From contig NZ_JHXR01000003.1 of assembly GCF_000621645.1 (NCBI RefSeq), positions 270,001 through 302,000 of the forward strand: a stretch of DNA of 32,000 nucleotides. Direction: 5' to 3'. How positions within the stretch are numbered: the stretch's first letter is position 1; each line of letters opens with the position of its first letter. A program made the position numbers and the translations under genes. The notes under the pieces were generated by a model, which was not told the DNA's origin, searched no databases, and saw nothing but the letters and a program-made list of their open reading frames with translations. This document shows positions 19,765-28,491 of this stretch, in pieces. Source of the DNA: Vibrio cholerae ATCC 14035. GTDB lineage: Bacteria; Pseudomonadota; Gammaproteobacteria; Enterobacterales; Vibrionaceae.

Positions 19765-22209
19765 TTAAGCCACTTCAGCTTTACGTTGTGTGCGCTTTTT
19801 TGCGGCCAGCTCTTGTGGGGCAAAGTCATCGACATTGATGGTGTAGAGACGATGCGCTTCCGCTTCGCTCAGCAGTGCCGCTTCCTGAATGGTCAGCACT
19901 TTGGCTTCTAAGCCCAGCTTGGCGACTTCATCCAACCCCATAAATGGGCGGCGTTGACCAAGCGCTTTGCACGCTTTTTCAAACAGCGGCTCAGCTTGTA
20001 AAATCACATTCAACGCTTGTTCTATCTTACCCGCAGGATTGTTATCACTCGGTGTTAAGTATTGGTGACGACCAATTCTTGAACGTGTTTCACTCGGGGT
20101 TTGCAAGATCTGCGCGAGCTTGCTATCGAGCTTGTCACTTGGCGCTTTACGCACACGGCCGAAAGGCATCATGAGTACACGTAATGCGCGGCCAATAATC
20201 CGATTTGGGAAGTTAGCCAAGAACTCATCAATGGCGATTTCAGTTTGGCGCAAACTATCTTGTAAGCCCCAATGGACCAGTGGTAAATCTTCGGCTGGAC
20301 GGCCATCGTTTTCAAAACGTTTTAAGGTCGCTGAGCTTAAGTAAAGCTGGCTCAGAATATCCCCTAAACGGGCAGAGAGACGCTCTCTACGTTTGAGTGA
20401 ACCGCCCAATACTGCCATGGAGATATCCGCAAGCAGGGCCAAGTTAGCACTGTAACGATTAAGCTGTTGGTAGTAGCGCTTGGTCGCATCACGGGTTGGT
20501 GCTTGTGAACCATAACCATCAGTCAAACCAAGCCATAGGCTGCGCACTAAGTTGCTGAGCACAAAGCCAACGTGTCCTGCTAGGGCACTATCAAATTTTT
20601 CTACCGCATCAGAATTTGGGCTATAAGCCGCTTCCATTTCTCTGAGTACATAAGGATGGCAGCGAATCGCACCTTGACCAAAGATGATCATCGAGCGGGT
20701 AAGAATGTTCGCGCCTTCTACGGTAACGGCAATTGGAGCACCTTGATACCCGCGAGCGAGGAAGTTAGCGGGGCCTAAACAGATGCCTTTACCGCCGACA
20801 ATGTCCATCGCATCAATAATTGAGCGTTGTCCGCGGTGGGTACAGTGATATTTTACGATCGCAGAAATTACCGAAGGCTTTTCACCGAGATCGATACCCG
20901 CGACAGTCAGGTTGCTTGCTGCATCCATCACATAAGCGTTACCGGCTAGGCGCGCTAATGGCTCTTCAATTCCTTCCATCTGACCGATAGGTTGTTTGAA
21001 CTGGCGGCGAATACGCGCATAAGCACCTGTAGCGAGTGCCGCAGTTTTAATGCCGCCGGTTGAGTTGGAAGGTAGGGTAATACCGCGTCCCACCGAAAGA
21101 CATTCCACCAACATGCGCCAGCCTTGGCCTGCCATTTTTGGACCACCGATGATGAAATCCAGCGGCACAAACAGATCTTTGGCACGGGTTGGACCGTTTT
21201 GGAAAGGCACGTTGAGTGGGAAGTGGCGATGGCCGATCTCCACGCCTTTAAGATGCGTTGGGATCAAGGCACAGGTAATGCCGAGCTCTTCTTTATCACC
21301 GAGCAGTCCTTCAGGGTCGCGCAGTTTAAAGGCAAGCCCCAGCACAGTCGCCACCGGTGCGAGAGTGATGTAGCGCTTGTTCCACGTCAGGCGCATACCT
21401 AGAACTTCTTTGCCTTCCCATTGTCCTTTACAAACTACACCGAAATCAGGGATAGAACCTGCGTCTGAACCGGCTTCTGGGCTGGTTAAAGCAAAACAGG
21501 GGATCTCTTTGCCTTCCGCTAAGCGAGGTAAGTAATAGTTTTTCTGCTCTTCGGTACCGTAATGTTGCAGCAGCTCACCGGGGCCTAAAGAGTTAGGTAC
21601 GCCTACGGTTGAGGAGAGAACACCAGAAACACCGGTCAGTTTTTGCAGCACCAAAGATTGTGCATAAGCTGAAAATTCTAAGCCGCCATACTGTTTTTTG
21701 ATGATCATGGCGAAGAATTTCTTCTCTTTGAGGAAAGTCCACACTTCTGGCGGTAAATCTGCCAGTTCATGGGTGACTTGGTAGTCGCTAACCATGGCAC
21801 ACACTTCATTGACTGGGCCATCCAGGAAGGCTTGTTCTTCAGCAGACAGCTTCGGAGCTTGGATATTGTGCAGCTTTTTCCAGTCCGGCTTGCCTTTAAA
21901 CAGTTCGGCTTCCCACCAAACTGTTCCGGCCTCGAGGGCTTCTTTCTCGGTCTGTGACATCGCGGGCAGTACTTTTTTAAACACTGCTAATGCTTTACCA
22001 CTGATCAACGATTGGCGAACGGATGGCAGACAGAGCACGACGACGGCCGCCAAATAGAGCGCCCAACCGAAAAAGCCAACAGGCCCAAACAGTGAAAGCG
22101 CTAGCATGGTGAAAGTCAGTGCTGCTAATGAGGTAAATAGGGATGTTCTTTGATACAGGCATGCGCCGAGTATCAAGAGCATGATTAAGGTAGAGAGCAA
22201 GATTTCCAT
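19765..22209 (-). CDS. fadE: Acyl-CoA dehydrogenase FadE
   Basis: 814 aa, collinear with E. coli FadE over its full length: N-terminal TM helices, [45 protein letters not shown] and a C-terminal extension. Confidence 0.93.
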   Translation of the reverse strand: MEILLSTLIMLLILGACLYQRTSLFTSLAALTFTMLALSLFGPVGFFGWALYLAAVVVLCLPSVRQSLISGKALAVFKKVLPAMSQTEKEALEAGTVWWEAELFKGKPDWKKLHNIQAPKLSAEEQAFLDGPVNEVCAMVSDYQVTHELADLPPEVWTFLKEKKFFAMIIKKQYGGLEFSAYAQSLVLQKLTGVSGVLSSTVGVPNSLGPGELLQHYGTEEQKNYYLPRLAEGKEIPCFALTSPEAGSDAGSIPDFGVVCKGQWEGKEVLGMRLTWNKRYITLAPVATVLGLAFKLRDPEGLLGDKEELGITCALIPTHLKGVEIGHRHFPLNVPFQNGPTRAKDLFVPLDFIIGGPKMAGQGWRMLVECLSVGRGITLPSNSTGGIKTAALATGAYARIRRQFKQPIGQMEGIEEPLARLAGNAYVMDAASNLTVAGIDLGEKPSVISAIVKYHCTHRGQRSIIDAMDIVGGKGICLGPANFLARGYQGAPIAVTVEGANILTRSMIIFGQGAIRCHPYVLREMEAAYSPNSDAVEKFDSALAGHVGFVLSNLVRSLWLGLTDGYGSQAPTRDATKRYYQQLNRYSANLALLADISMAVLGGSLKRRERLSARLGDILSQLYLSSATLKRFENDGRPAEDLPLVHWGLQDSLRQTEIAIDEFLANFPNRIIGRALRVLMMPFGRVRKAPSDKLDSKLAQILQTPSETRSRIGRHQYLTPSDNNPAGKIEQALNVILQAEPLFEKACKALGQRRPFMGLDEVAKLGLEAKVLTIQEAALLSEAEAHRLYTINVDDFAPQELAAKKRTQRKAEVA

Positions 22210-22228
22210 ACTGTTTTATCCTTTTTCA

Positions 22229-22268
22229 GACTCGCGTTTTCTATCAGTAGATACGAAAATCGCGACTC
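22229..22268. promoter_or_regulatory. Imperfect 13/14-bp inverted repeat in the fadE leader/promoter
   Basis: GACTCGCGTTTTC (22229-22241) and GAAAATCGCGACTC (22255-22268) are reverse complements apart from one indel and one mismatch. The spacer is 13 nt. The repeat lies 20-59 nt upstream of the fadE ATG (22209, minus strand). Confidence 0.4.
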
Positions 22269-22274
22269 TAAGTT

Positions 22275-22291
22275 TAGTGGTCTAACCAGTT
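22275..22291. promoter_or_regulatory. FadR-type operator candidate upstream of fadE
   Basis: TAGTGGTCTAACCAGTT contains the palindromic TGGT-N3-ACCA core and the GTT tail of the FadR consensus (AnCTGGTCnGACnTGTT, from memory), about 12/17 matches. It lies 66-82 nt upstream of the fadE start. fadE is FadR-repressed in E. coli. Confidence 0.45.
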
Positions 22292-22465
22292 AAAGTGTAA
22301 CCAAAATATTAATGAAATGTAAAACGGCATTTTGTCCGAAAGTGATCACGCTAGAGTAATCTCTCTACTCTTGCCGCTTCTTGAATGAGTGGATTTGCTA
22401 ACGAGGAGTAAATCTTGCTTTTTGACTATCGACAGCTTCGCTTGTTTGGGTAAACTCAGGTGGAT

Positions 22466-22503
22466 ACTGAATTGAAGTGCCAAGCGCGCGGGTTCGGATA
22501 ACT
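22466..22503. repeat. Partial copy (D) of the right end of repeat copy A
   Basis: TACTG..AGTGCCAAG..GTTCGGATAACT at 22466-22503 is collinear with TACTG..AGTGCCAAG..GTTCGGGAATAACT at 11575-11612. The 9-mer 22476-22484 equals 11588-11596 exactly. It lies 24 nt upstream of the gmhA ATG. Confidence 0.4.
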
Positions 22504-22526
22504 AATAATCAATAGAGAGATACCTC

Positions 22527-23102
22527 ATGTACCAGGATTTAATTAGAAGTGAACTGACCGAAGCGGCAGACGTTTTGCAGAAATTTTTGAGTGATGACCA
22601 CAACATCGCACAAATTGAAGCGGCGGCTAAGCTGATTGCTGATTCGTTCAAGCAAGGTGGGAAAGTGCTTTCTTGCGGTAATGGTGGTTCGCATTGTGAT
22701 GCCATGCACTTTGCTGAAGAGTTGACTGGGCGTTACCGTGAAAACCGCCCTGGTTATCCTGGTATTGCGATTTCTGATCCAAGCCATCTGTCTTGTGTGA
22801 GTAACGATTTTGGCTATGACTATGTTTTCTCTCGTTATGTGGAAGCGGTCGGAGCGAAAGGCGATGTTCTGTTTGGTCTGTCTACCTCTGGTAATTCAGG
22901 TAATATCCTAAAAGCCATTGAGGCGGCGAAAGCAAAAGGCATGAAAACCATCGCGTTAACCGGCAAAGATGGCGGCAAAATGGCGGGTTTAGCCGATGTT
23001 GAAATTCGTGTGCCACATTTTGGTTACGCGGATCGTATCCAAGAAGTGCACATTAAGATCATCCACATCATCATTCAGTTGATTGAAAAGGAAATGGCGT
23101 AA
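22527..23102 (+). CDS. gmhA: Phosphoheptose isomerase (D-sedoheptulose-7-phosphate isomerase)
   Basis: 191 aa SIS-domain protein, near-identical in motif content to E. coli GmhA ([38 protein letters not shown]). It is divergent from fadE, as in E. coli. Confidence 0.93.
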   Translation: MYQDLIRSELTEAADVLQKFLSDDHNIAQIEAAAKLIADSFKQGGKVLSCGNGGSHCDAMHFAEELTGRYRENRPGYPGIAISDPSHLSCVSNDFGYDYVFSRYVEAVGAKGDVLFGLSTSGNSGNILKAIEAAKAKGMKTIALTGKDGGKMAGLADVEIRVPHFGYADRIQEVHIKIIHIIIQLIEKEMA

Positions 23103-23164
23103 CCCTACGCTCAAGAGCCCGGTATTAACCGGGCTACTGGTTTAAGTAAGGAGTGGTTTAAACC

Positions 23165-24010
23165 ATGTGTGAATTGCTCGGCATGAGCGCCAATGTACCA
23201 ACCGATATCTGTTTTAGTTTCACTGGCTTGATGCAACGTGGCGGGAAAACGGGTCCGCATCGTGATGGGTGGGGAATCGCGTTTTACGAAGGCAAAGGCT
23301 TTCGCACCTTCAAAGATCCTAATCCCAGCAGTCAGTCCAAAATTGCCGAGTTAGTTCAGCAGTATCCGATCAAAAGTCGTGCGGTGATCAGCCACATTCG
23401 TCAGGCCAATCGCGGTGGGGTGAATCTGGAAAACACTCATCCGTTTACCCGCGAGTTGTGGGGGCAGTACTGGACGTTTGCCCACAATGGGCAATTGACG
23501 GGATATCAAAATCTAGTCACTGGACGCCATCGACCAGTCGGTGAAACGGACAGCGAACTGGCGTTCTGTTGGTTGCTGAATCAAATGGAACAGTGTTACC
23601 CCGAAGGTCCACAAGATTGGCCTGAGATGCTGCGCTATGTTGCGCAGTGTTGTGATGAGCTTAGAGCTCTCGGTGTCTTTAATATGCTGCTGTCTAATGG
23701 CGAATATGTGATGGCGTATTGCACCAATCATTTGTATTGGATTACTCGCCGAGCCCCATTTGGCTGCGCGGCACTGCTCGATGAAGATGTCGAGATCAAT
23801 TTCCAAGAAGAAACCACGCCGAATGATGTGGTGTCAGTGATTGCGACTCAACCGTTAACCGGTAATGAAACTTGGCAGCGTATGAAGCCGGGGCAATTCG
23901 CATTTTTCCATTTTGGAGAGCGGATAGAAGACAATGCACATGTGTTGATGGATGTGGGTTTTGCACCGAATCGACCCGGATGTCAGGCACCAAGCCAACC
24001 TCTCGACTAA
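23165..24010 (+). CDS. yafJ: Class II (Ntn) glutamine amidotransferase, YafJ homologue
   Basis: 281 aa. The N-terminal Met-Cys (MCELLGMS) provides the Cys nucleophile of class II GATases. The gmhA-yafJ adjacency matches E. coli. Confidence 0.8.
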   Translation: MCELLGMSANVPTDICFSFTGLMQRGGKTGPHRDGWGIAFYEGKGFRTFKDPNPSSQSKIAELVQQYPIKSRAVISHIRQANRGGVNLENTHPFTRELWGQYWTFAHNGQLTGYQNLVTGRHRPVGETDSELAFCWLLNQMEQCYPEGPQDWPEMLRYVAQCCDELRALGVFNMLLSNGEYVMAYCTNHLYWITRRAPFGCAALLDEDVEINFQEETTPNDVVSVIATQPLTGNETWQRMKPGQFAFFHFGERIEDNAHVLMDVGFAPNRPGCQAPSQPLD

Positions 24011-24025
24011 GCGATATACCTTTCC

Positions 24026-24095
24026 TACTTGAAGCTGCAGCGGTGTTGGCTATGTTCGTTCACCCCAATCACATAGTTTATGTTGTCTGGGAATA
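24026..24095. repeat. ERIC/IRU-like repeat, short (half-element) copy B
   Basis: TACTTGAAGCTGCAGCGGTGTTGGCTATGTTCGTTCACCCCAATCACATAGTTTATGTTGTCTGGGAATAA. The CGTTCACCCCAATCACATAGTT segment matches the reverse complement of the ERIC2 primer region (CGCTCACCCCAGTCACTTACTT, from memory) at about 18/22. CCCCA...TGGG forms the terminal hairpin. It shares a 16-mer with copy A. Confidence 0.7.
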
Positions 24096-24112
24096 AAAAG
24101 TGGTACAAAAAG

Positions 24113-24140
24113 AAAGGGTTGAATGATTTCAACCCTTTTT
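24113..24140. terminator. Bidirectional intrinsic terminator between yafJ and purN (convergent)
   Basis: AAAGGGTTGAA (24113-24123), loop TGAT, then TTCAACCCTTT (24128-24138) followed by TT. An A-run precedes and a T-run follows. Confidence 0.7.
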
Positions 24141-24150
24141 CGATTGGAGA

Positions 24151-24789
24151 TTATTCGGCTGCGTAACCGTGTATGCCGAGCGCTTCGCCATCTAAATAAG
24201 CTTTGCCGTCTTTCATTGCTAAACGCTCTTCGACAAACCATTTCACGACAAGCGGGTAGATGCGATGCTCTTGATCCTGCACGCGAGCCGTGAGCTCTTC
24301 GACCGTGTCATCTTCAAAAATCGGTACTTTGGCTTGCAGAATGACTGGACCGCCATCGAGCTGCTCAGTGACAAAATGCACGCTGGTACCATGCTCTTCA
24401 TCGCCCGCGTGGATAGCTCGTTGATAAGTGTTCAGTCCCGGATACTTTGGCAATAACGAAGGGTGGATATTGATCATGCGGCCCAGATAGTGGCGAACAA
24501 ATTCGCTACTGAGAATGCGCATGTAACCGGCCAGCACCACTAAGTCAGGAGCAAATTTATCCATTTGCTCCATCAATGCCGCGTCAAAAGCATCACGAGT
24601 TTCGTAAGCTTTGGGATCAATAAAACAGGCGGCTGCGCCAGCCTGTTTGGCACGTTCTAAACCGTAAGCTGTTGCTTTATTGGAAAACACAGCCGTCACT
24701 TTGCCATCTTGAATACTGGTTGCACAAGCATCAATGATCGCCTGTAGGTTGGTTCCGTTTCCCGAAATTAAAACAACAATACTCTTCAT
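24151..24789 (-). CDS. purN: Phosphoribosylglycinamide formyltransferase PurN
   Basis: 212 aa, collinear with E. coli PurN (VLISGNGTNLQAIID, INIHPSLLPKYPG). It starts 2 nt after the purM stop. Confidence 0.93.
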   Translation of the reverse strand: MKSIVVLISGNGTNLQAIIDACATSIQDGKVTAVFSNKATAYGLERAKQAGAAACFIDPKAYETRDAFDAALMEQMDKFAPDLVVLAGYMRILSSEFVRHYLGRMINIHPSLLPKYPGLNTYQRAIHAGDEEHGTSVHFVTEQLDGGPVILQAKVPIFEDDTVEELTARVQDQEHRIYPLVVKWFVEERLAMKDGKAYLDGEALGIHGYAAE

Positions 24790-24791
24790 GC

Positions 24792-25832
24792 TTAGTTGAT
24801 CTCTACCTGTGCTTCGTTGCTATTGGCGGCTGCGATTTCGCCGATGACCCATGCGGTTTCGCCTTCTGCTTGCAGTAGCGCAACGGCCGCATTGGCTTGA
24901 TCTTTTGGCAGTGCAATGATCAAACCGACACCACAGTTGAAGGTGCGGTACATTTCGTGAGTGGTCACGTTACCTTTTTCCTGTAACCATTGGAAAATCA
25001 CTGGCCATTCCCAGCTCTTACCATCGATCACGGCTTTTGTACCTTCTGGCAATACGCGTGGAATGTTTTCCCAGAAGCCACCGCCAGTGATGTGTGAAAT
25101 CGCATGAATGTCATGTTCAGCAATCAGCTTTAAGCCAGATTTGATATAAATTTTGGTCGGTGCGAGTAAGTGCTCACCAATGGTTTTGCCTGCTAACCGC
25201 TCATTCTTATCGGCTTTAGAGACTTCTAAAATCTTACGTACCAGCGAGTAACCGTTGGAGTGTGGGCCGCTTGAGCCAACCGCAATCAGCGCATCACCCA
25301 CTTGTACCTTACTGCCGTCGATGATCTCTTCTTTTTCGACGACACCGACACAAAAACCTGCCACGTCGTAGTCTTCACCTTCGTACATGCCTGGCATTTC
25401 CGCGGTTTCGCCGCCAATCAGCGCGCAGCCCGCTTGCAAACAGCCATCGGCAATACCAGAAATCACTTCAGCAGCCGTATCCACATCCAGTTTGCCTGTC
25501 GCGTAATAATCGAGGAAAAACAGCGGCTCAGCGCCTTGAACAATCAGATCATTGACGCACATCGCCACCAGATCGATACCTATGGTGTCGTGTTTTTTCA
25601 TATCCAGAGCGAGACGCAGTTTGGTACCTACGCCGTCAGTGCCAGAGACTAAAACAGGGTGCTTGTATTTGGTTGGCAGTTCACACAGTGCGCCAAAACC
25701 ACCTAGGCCACCCATAACTTCAGGGCGACGGGTGCGCTTCACGGCGCCTTTAATTCGTTCAACGAGTGCATTACCTGCATCAATATCGACACCTGCATCT
25801 TTGTAGCTGAGAGATGGATTATTACCGCTCAC
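24792..25832 (-). CDS. purM: Phosphoribosylformylglycinamidine cyclo-ligase (AIR synthetase) PurM
   Basis: 346 aa with a GTG start and GAGGA 8 nt upstream. Collinear with E. coli PurM ([34 protein letters not shown]). Confidence 0.95.
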   Translation of the reverse strand: MSGNNPSLSYKDAGVDIDAGNALVERIKGAVKRTRRPEVMGGLGGFGALCELPTKYKHPVLVSGTDGVGTKLRLALDMKKHDTIGIDLVAMCVNDLIVQGAEPLFFLDYYATGKLDVDTAAEVISGIADGCLQAGCALIGGETAEMPGMYEGEDYDVAGFCVGVVEKEEIIDGSKVQVGDALIAVGSSGPHSNGYSLVRKILEVSKADKNERLAGKTIGEHLLAPTKIYIKSGLKLIAEHDIHAISHITGGGFWENIPRVLPEGTKAVIDGKSWEWPVIFQWLQEKGNVTTHEMYRTFNCGVGLIIALPKDQANAAVALLQAEGETAWVIGEIAAANSNEAQVEIN

Positions 25833-25895
25833 GGGGAAGTTCCTCGGTCTAGTTGGATATGAAAACGGCGCTATTCTACAGGGCTTAAAACAAAA

Positions 25896-25911
25896 AGGAA
25901 AACGTTTGCGT
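25896..25911 (-). promoter_or_regulatory. PurR operator (pur box) upstream of purMN
   Basis: The minus strand reads ACGCAAACGTTTTCCT, matching the 16-bp PurR consensus ACGCAAACGTTTTCnT. It lies 64-79 nt upstream of the purM GTG. It overlaps a plausible -35 positioned 17 nt from a TAGAAT -10 (plus-strand ATTCTA 25873-25878). Confidence 0.8.
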
Positions 25912-25958
25912 AAGATTTTTATCCGGTTTTACAGTCGGAAATATCCACAAAATGAGTG

Positions 25959-25964
25959 TATAAT
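25959..25964 (+). promoter_or_regulatory. Candidate -10 hexamer of the upp promoter
   Basis: A perfect TATAAT at 25959-25964 lies 35 nt upstream of the upp ATG. No good -35 hexamer occurs at 16-18 nt spacing, so this call is tentative. Confidence 0.35.
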
Positions 25965-25998
25965 CCGCAGGTTTAAATTAATGAAGCCGGAGTTGGAC

Positions 25999-26625
25999 AT
26001 GAAAATTGTTGAAGTTAAGCACCCTCTTGTAAAACACAAACTTGGCCTGATGCGTGAAGGCGATATCAGCACTAAGCGTTTTCGTGAGCTTGCAACTGAA
26101 GTGGCGAGTCTACTGACTTATGAAGCGACTTCTGACTTTGAAACCGAAAAAGTCACGATCGAAGGCTGGAATGGTCCTGTGCAAGTGGATCAAATTAAAG
26201 GTAAGAAAGTGACGGTTGTGCCTATCTTGCGTGCAGGTCTTGGCATGATGGATGGTGTACTTGAGCATATCCCAAGTGCGCGTATCAGCGTGGTCGGGAT
26301 TTACCGTGATGAAGAAACTCTTGAACCGGTTCCTTACTTCAATAAGTTAGCCACTAATATTGAAGAGCGTATTGCCATGGTGGTTGACCCAATGCTGGCA
26401 ACTGGCGGCTCGATGATTGCGACAATTGACTTGTTGAAAGAGAAAGGCTGTAACCAGATTAAAGTGCTGGTGTTGGTGGCTGCTCCGGAAGGGATTGCCG
26501 CTTTAGAAAAAGCGCACCCAGATGTTGAGCTTTACACGGCGGCGATTGATGAGAAGCTGAACGACAAAGGCTACATCGTACCGGGTCTTGGTGATGCCGG
26601 TGATAAGATTTTTGGTACTAAGTAA
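25999..26625 (+). CDS. upp: Uracil phosphoribosyltransferase
   Basis: Track ORF trimmed to ATG 25999 ([20 protein letters not shown]...), with GGAG 6 nt upstream. 208 aa, near-identical to E. coli Upp, with PRPP loop [10 protein letters not shown]. Confidence 0.95.
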   Translation: MKIVEVKHPLVKHKLGLMREGDISTKRFRELATEVASLLTYEATSDFETEKVTIEGWNGPVQVDQIKGKKVTVVPILRAGLGMMDGVLEHIPSARISVVGIYRDEETLEPVPYFNKLATNIEERIAMVVDPMLATGGSMIATIDLLKEKGCNQIKVLVLVAAPEGIAALEKAHPDVELYTAAIDEKLNDKGYIVPGLGDAGDKIFGTK

Positions 26626-26630
26626 TTTTG

Positions 26631-26664
26631 AATGAGGAAGCCACATGGCTTCCTCATTATCTTT
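26631..26664 (+). terminator. Intrinsic terminator after upp
   Basis: AATGAGGAAGCC (26631-26642) pairs perfectly with GGCTTCCTCATT (26647-26658), 12 bp with loop ACAT. The downstream sequence ATCTTTC is only moderately T-rich. Confidence 0.55.
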
Positions 26665-26972
26665 CACCGTTCATAGCCCATACCCCACAGCCAACAGCGA
26701 TACTCCCTGTCTATTTTTGCGATCTATTCCTACTTTTATTGCAATGCATTGCCAAAAAGTCGCGGATAAATGAATAGCCCTCACAGCACTGATGCATCTA
26801 TCAGTTCTTTCTAACGCATCACCGAGAGTTAATGGCAACATAGCCAGCACTCGGTATGGTATATGGATTACGTTTCACTCATTACACTCGCTTATTAGAA
26901 CAAAGGATGCGCTTCTGTTTTCCACTGATGGAGCAGAAGATTGAAGTAAGCAGTACTAGCAGGATGCTCATT

Positions 26973-28394
26973 ATGACGCGAAAGAAATTTAGTTGGATTC
27001 TTGTCACCCTGATTATTTTTGGTTTTTTTGTAACGAGCTTGGTCAGCTATAAAGTGGCTCATGACACGCTTGAAGAGCAAATCAATAAAGATTCACTGCC
27101 ATTGACCAGCGATAATATTTATTCGGAAATTCAGCAGGATCTGATCCGTCCGATCTTCATCTCCTCACTAATGGCTCAAGACACGTTTGTGCGCGAGTGG
27201 ACTTTGGCGGGAGAGCAAGACCCAGAAAGGATCATCCGTTATTTGCGTGAAATTCAGCGTCAATATCAAACGATCTCCAGTTTCTATATCTCGGATCGCA
27301 CCGGTCATTACTACCACTACACAGGCATACTCAAACAAGTATCGGAATCGAATCCGAATGATGCTTGGTTTTATCGCGTTAAAAACTCCGCGCCAGATAA
27401 GAATTTTGAAGTCAATATCGACATAGATACCGCGAATAGCCAACAAACCGTGGTGTTTGTGAATTACAAAGTGTTTGATTTTGAAAATCGTTTTCTCGGT
27501 GTGATTGGGGTTGGGCTGAGCTCTGATGCGGTTTCCGCATTAGTCGAGAAATATCAAAAACGGTATAACCGCCACATCTATTTCATCAATGAGTTGGGAG
27601 AGGTGACTTTACACGGATCTCACCATCCGGGGTTTGATCAGATTCAGCAGCGTGAAGGGCTCAAAACCTTAGCCACTCAAATCCTGACCTCTCCGAGTGT
27701 GGGTGCTAGCTATTATGCGGACGGACAGAAAGTCTACCTCAATAGCCGTTGGGTCGATGAGTTTCAGTGGTACATCATTGTGGAGCAGAAAGATGAGTTT
27801 AATCACGACATCTGGTTTAAAGCGACATTAGGCAATTTAGCCATCAGTGCTTTTGTGGCGTTGGGAGTGCTTGGTTTAGCGCAAATGAGTTTTCGAGGCT
27901 ATCAAAAACGGCTGGAAGATATGGCGGTGCGCGATAAATTGACCGGAGCATACAACCGACAAGTTTTTGAAGAGCTCGTCGATGACGCTATTTCTTTGGC
28001 CAATAAAGAGAGTCACCCTTTAAGTCTGGCTGTGATCGATCTTGACCATTTCAAACAGGTGAATGACAACTATGGGCATCCCGCGGGGGATCTGGTTTTA
28101 CAACGGGTGGTTGCACTGTGTCAGCGTCATATTGCTCAGGTAGGAACTTTGTGTCGGTGGGGCGGTGAAGAATTTGTGGTTTTGCTGCCGCATATGACGC
28201 AGCAAGAAGCCTATCAGCGTATGGAGAGTATCCGCGCTGAGATTGCTATGCACGCGAGCCAACCACAAGTTACCGTCAGCATTGGTGTGGTGCAATACCA
28301 GCAGAATGAGAGTTTGTTACATCTATTCAATCGTGCGGATCAAGCTATGTATACCGCGAAAAGCGAAGGGCGTAATAAGGTCGTTGGCTTGTGA
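26973..28394 (+). CDS. Membrane-bound diguanylate cyclase: TM, roughly 270-aa periplasmic (Cache-like) sensor, TM, GGDEF domain with GGEEF active site
   Basis: Track ORF trimmed to ATG 26973 (MTRKKFSWILVTLIIFGFFVTSLVSY...); ATG 26964 is an alternative. A second TM helix is LGNLAISAFVALGVLGLAQMSF. The GGDEF domain contains DKLTGAYNR, DLDHFKQVNDNYGH and RWGGEEF (GGEEF at nt 28161-28175). Confidence 0.85.
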   Translation: MTRKKFSWILVTLIIFGFFVTSLVSYKVAHDTLEEQINKDSLPLTSDNIYSEIQQDLIRPIFISSLMAQDTFVREWTLAGEQDPERIIRYLREIQRQYQTISSFYISDRTGHYYHYTGILKQVSESNPNDAWFYRVKNSAPDKNFEVNIDIDTANSQQTVVFVNYKVFDFENRFLGVIGVGLSSDAVSALVEKYQKRYNRHIYFINELGEVTLHGSHHPGFDQIQQREGLKTLATQILTSPSVGASYYADGQKVYLNSRWVDEFQWYIIVEQKDEFNHDIWFKATLGNLAISAFVALGVLGLAQMSFRGYQKRLEDMAVRDKLTGAYNRQVFEELVDDAISLANKESHPLSLAVIDLDHFKQVNDNYGHPAGDLVLQRVVALCQRHIAQVGTLCRWGGEEFVVLLPHMTQQEAYQRMESIRAEIAMHASQPQVTVSIGVVQYQQNESLLHLFNRADQAMYTAKSEGRNKVVGL

Positions 28395-28408
28395 TGGATA
28401 ATCAAAGT

Positions 28409-28436
28409 GGGGGAAGCCAAGACTTCCCCATTTTTG
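28409..28436 (+). terminator. Intrinsic terminator after the diguanylate cyclase gene
   Basis: GGGGAAG (28410-28416) pairs with CTTCCCC (28423-28429). The loop is 6 nt, followed by ATTTTTG. Confidence 0.65.
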
Positions 28437-28446
28437 TATCAAAGCT

Positions 28447-28467
28447 CCCCCTAGCTAGGCTAGGGGG
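28447..28467. terminator. GC-rich hairpin between the convergent DGC and rluF genes (possible rluF terminator)
   Basis: CCCCCTAG (28447-28454) pairs perfectly with CTAGGGGG (28460-28467), with a 5-nt loop. On the minus strand only a weak T-tract (AGCTTT) follows. Confidence 0.4.
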
Positions 28468-28491
28468 TTAAGCTTGGAGATAAAACGAAAT

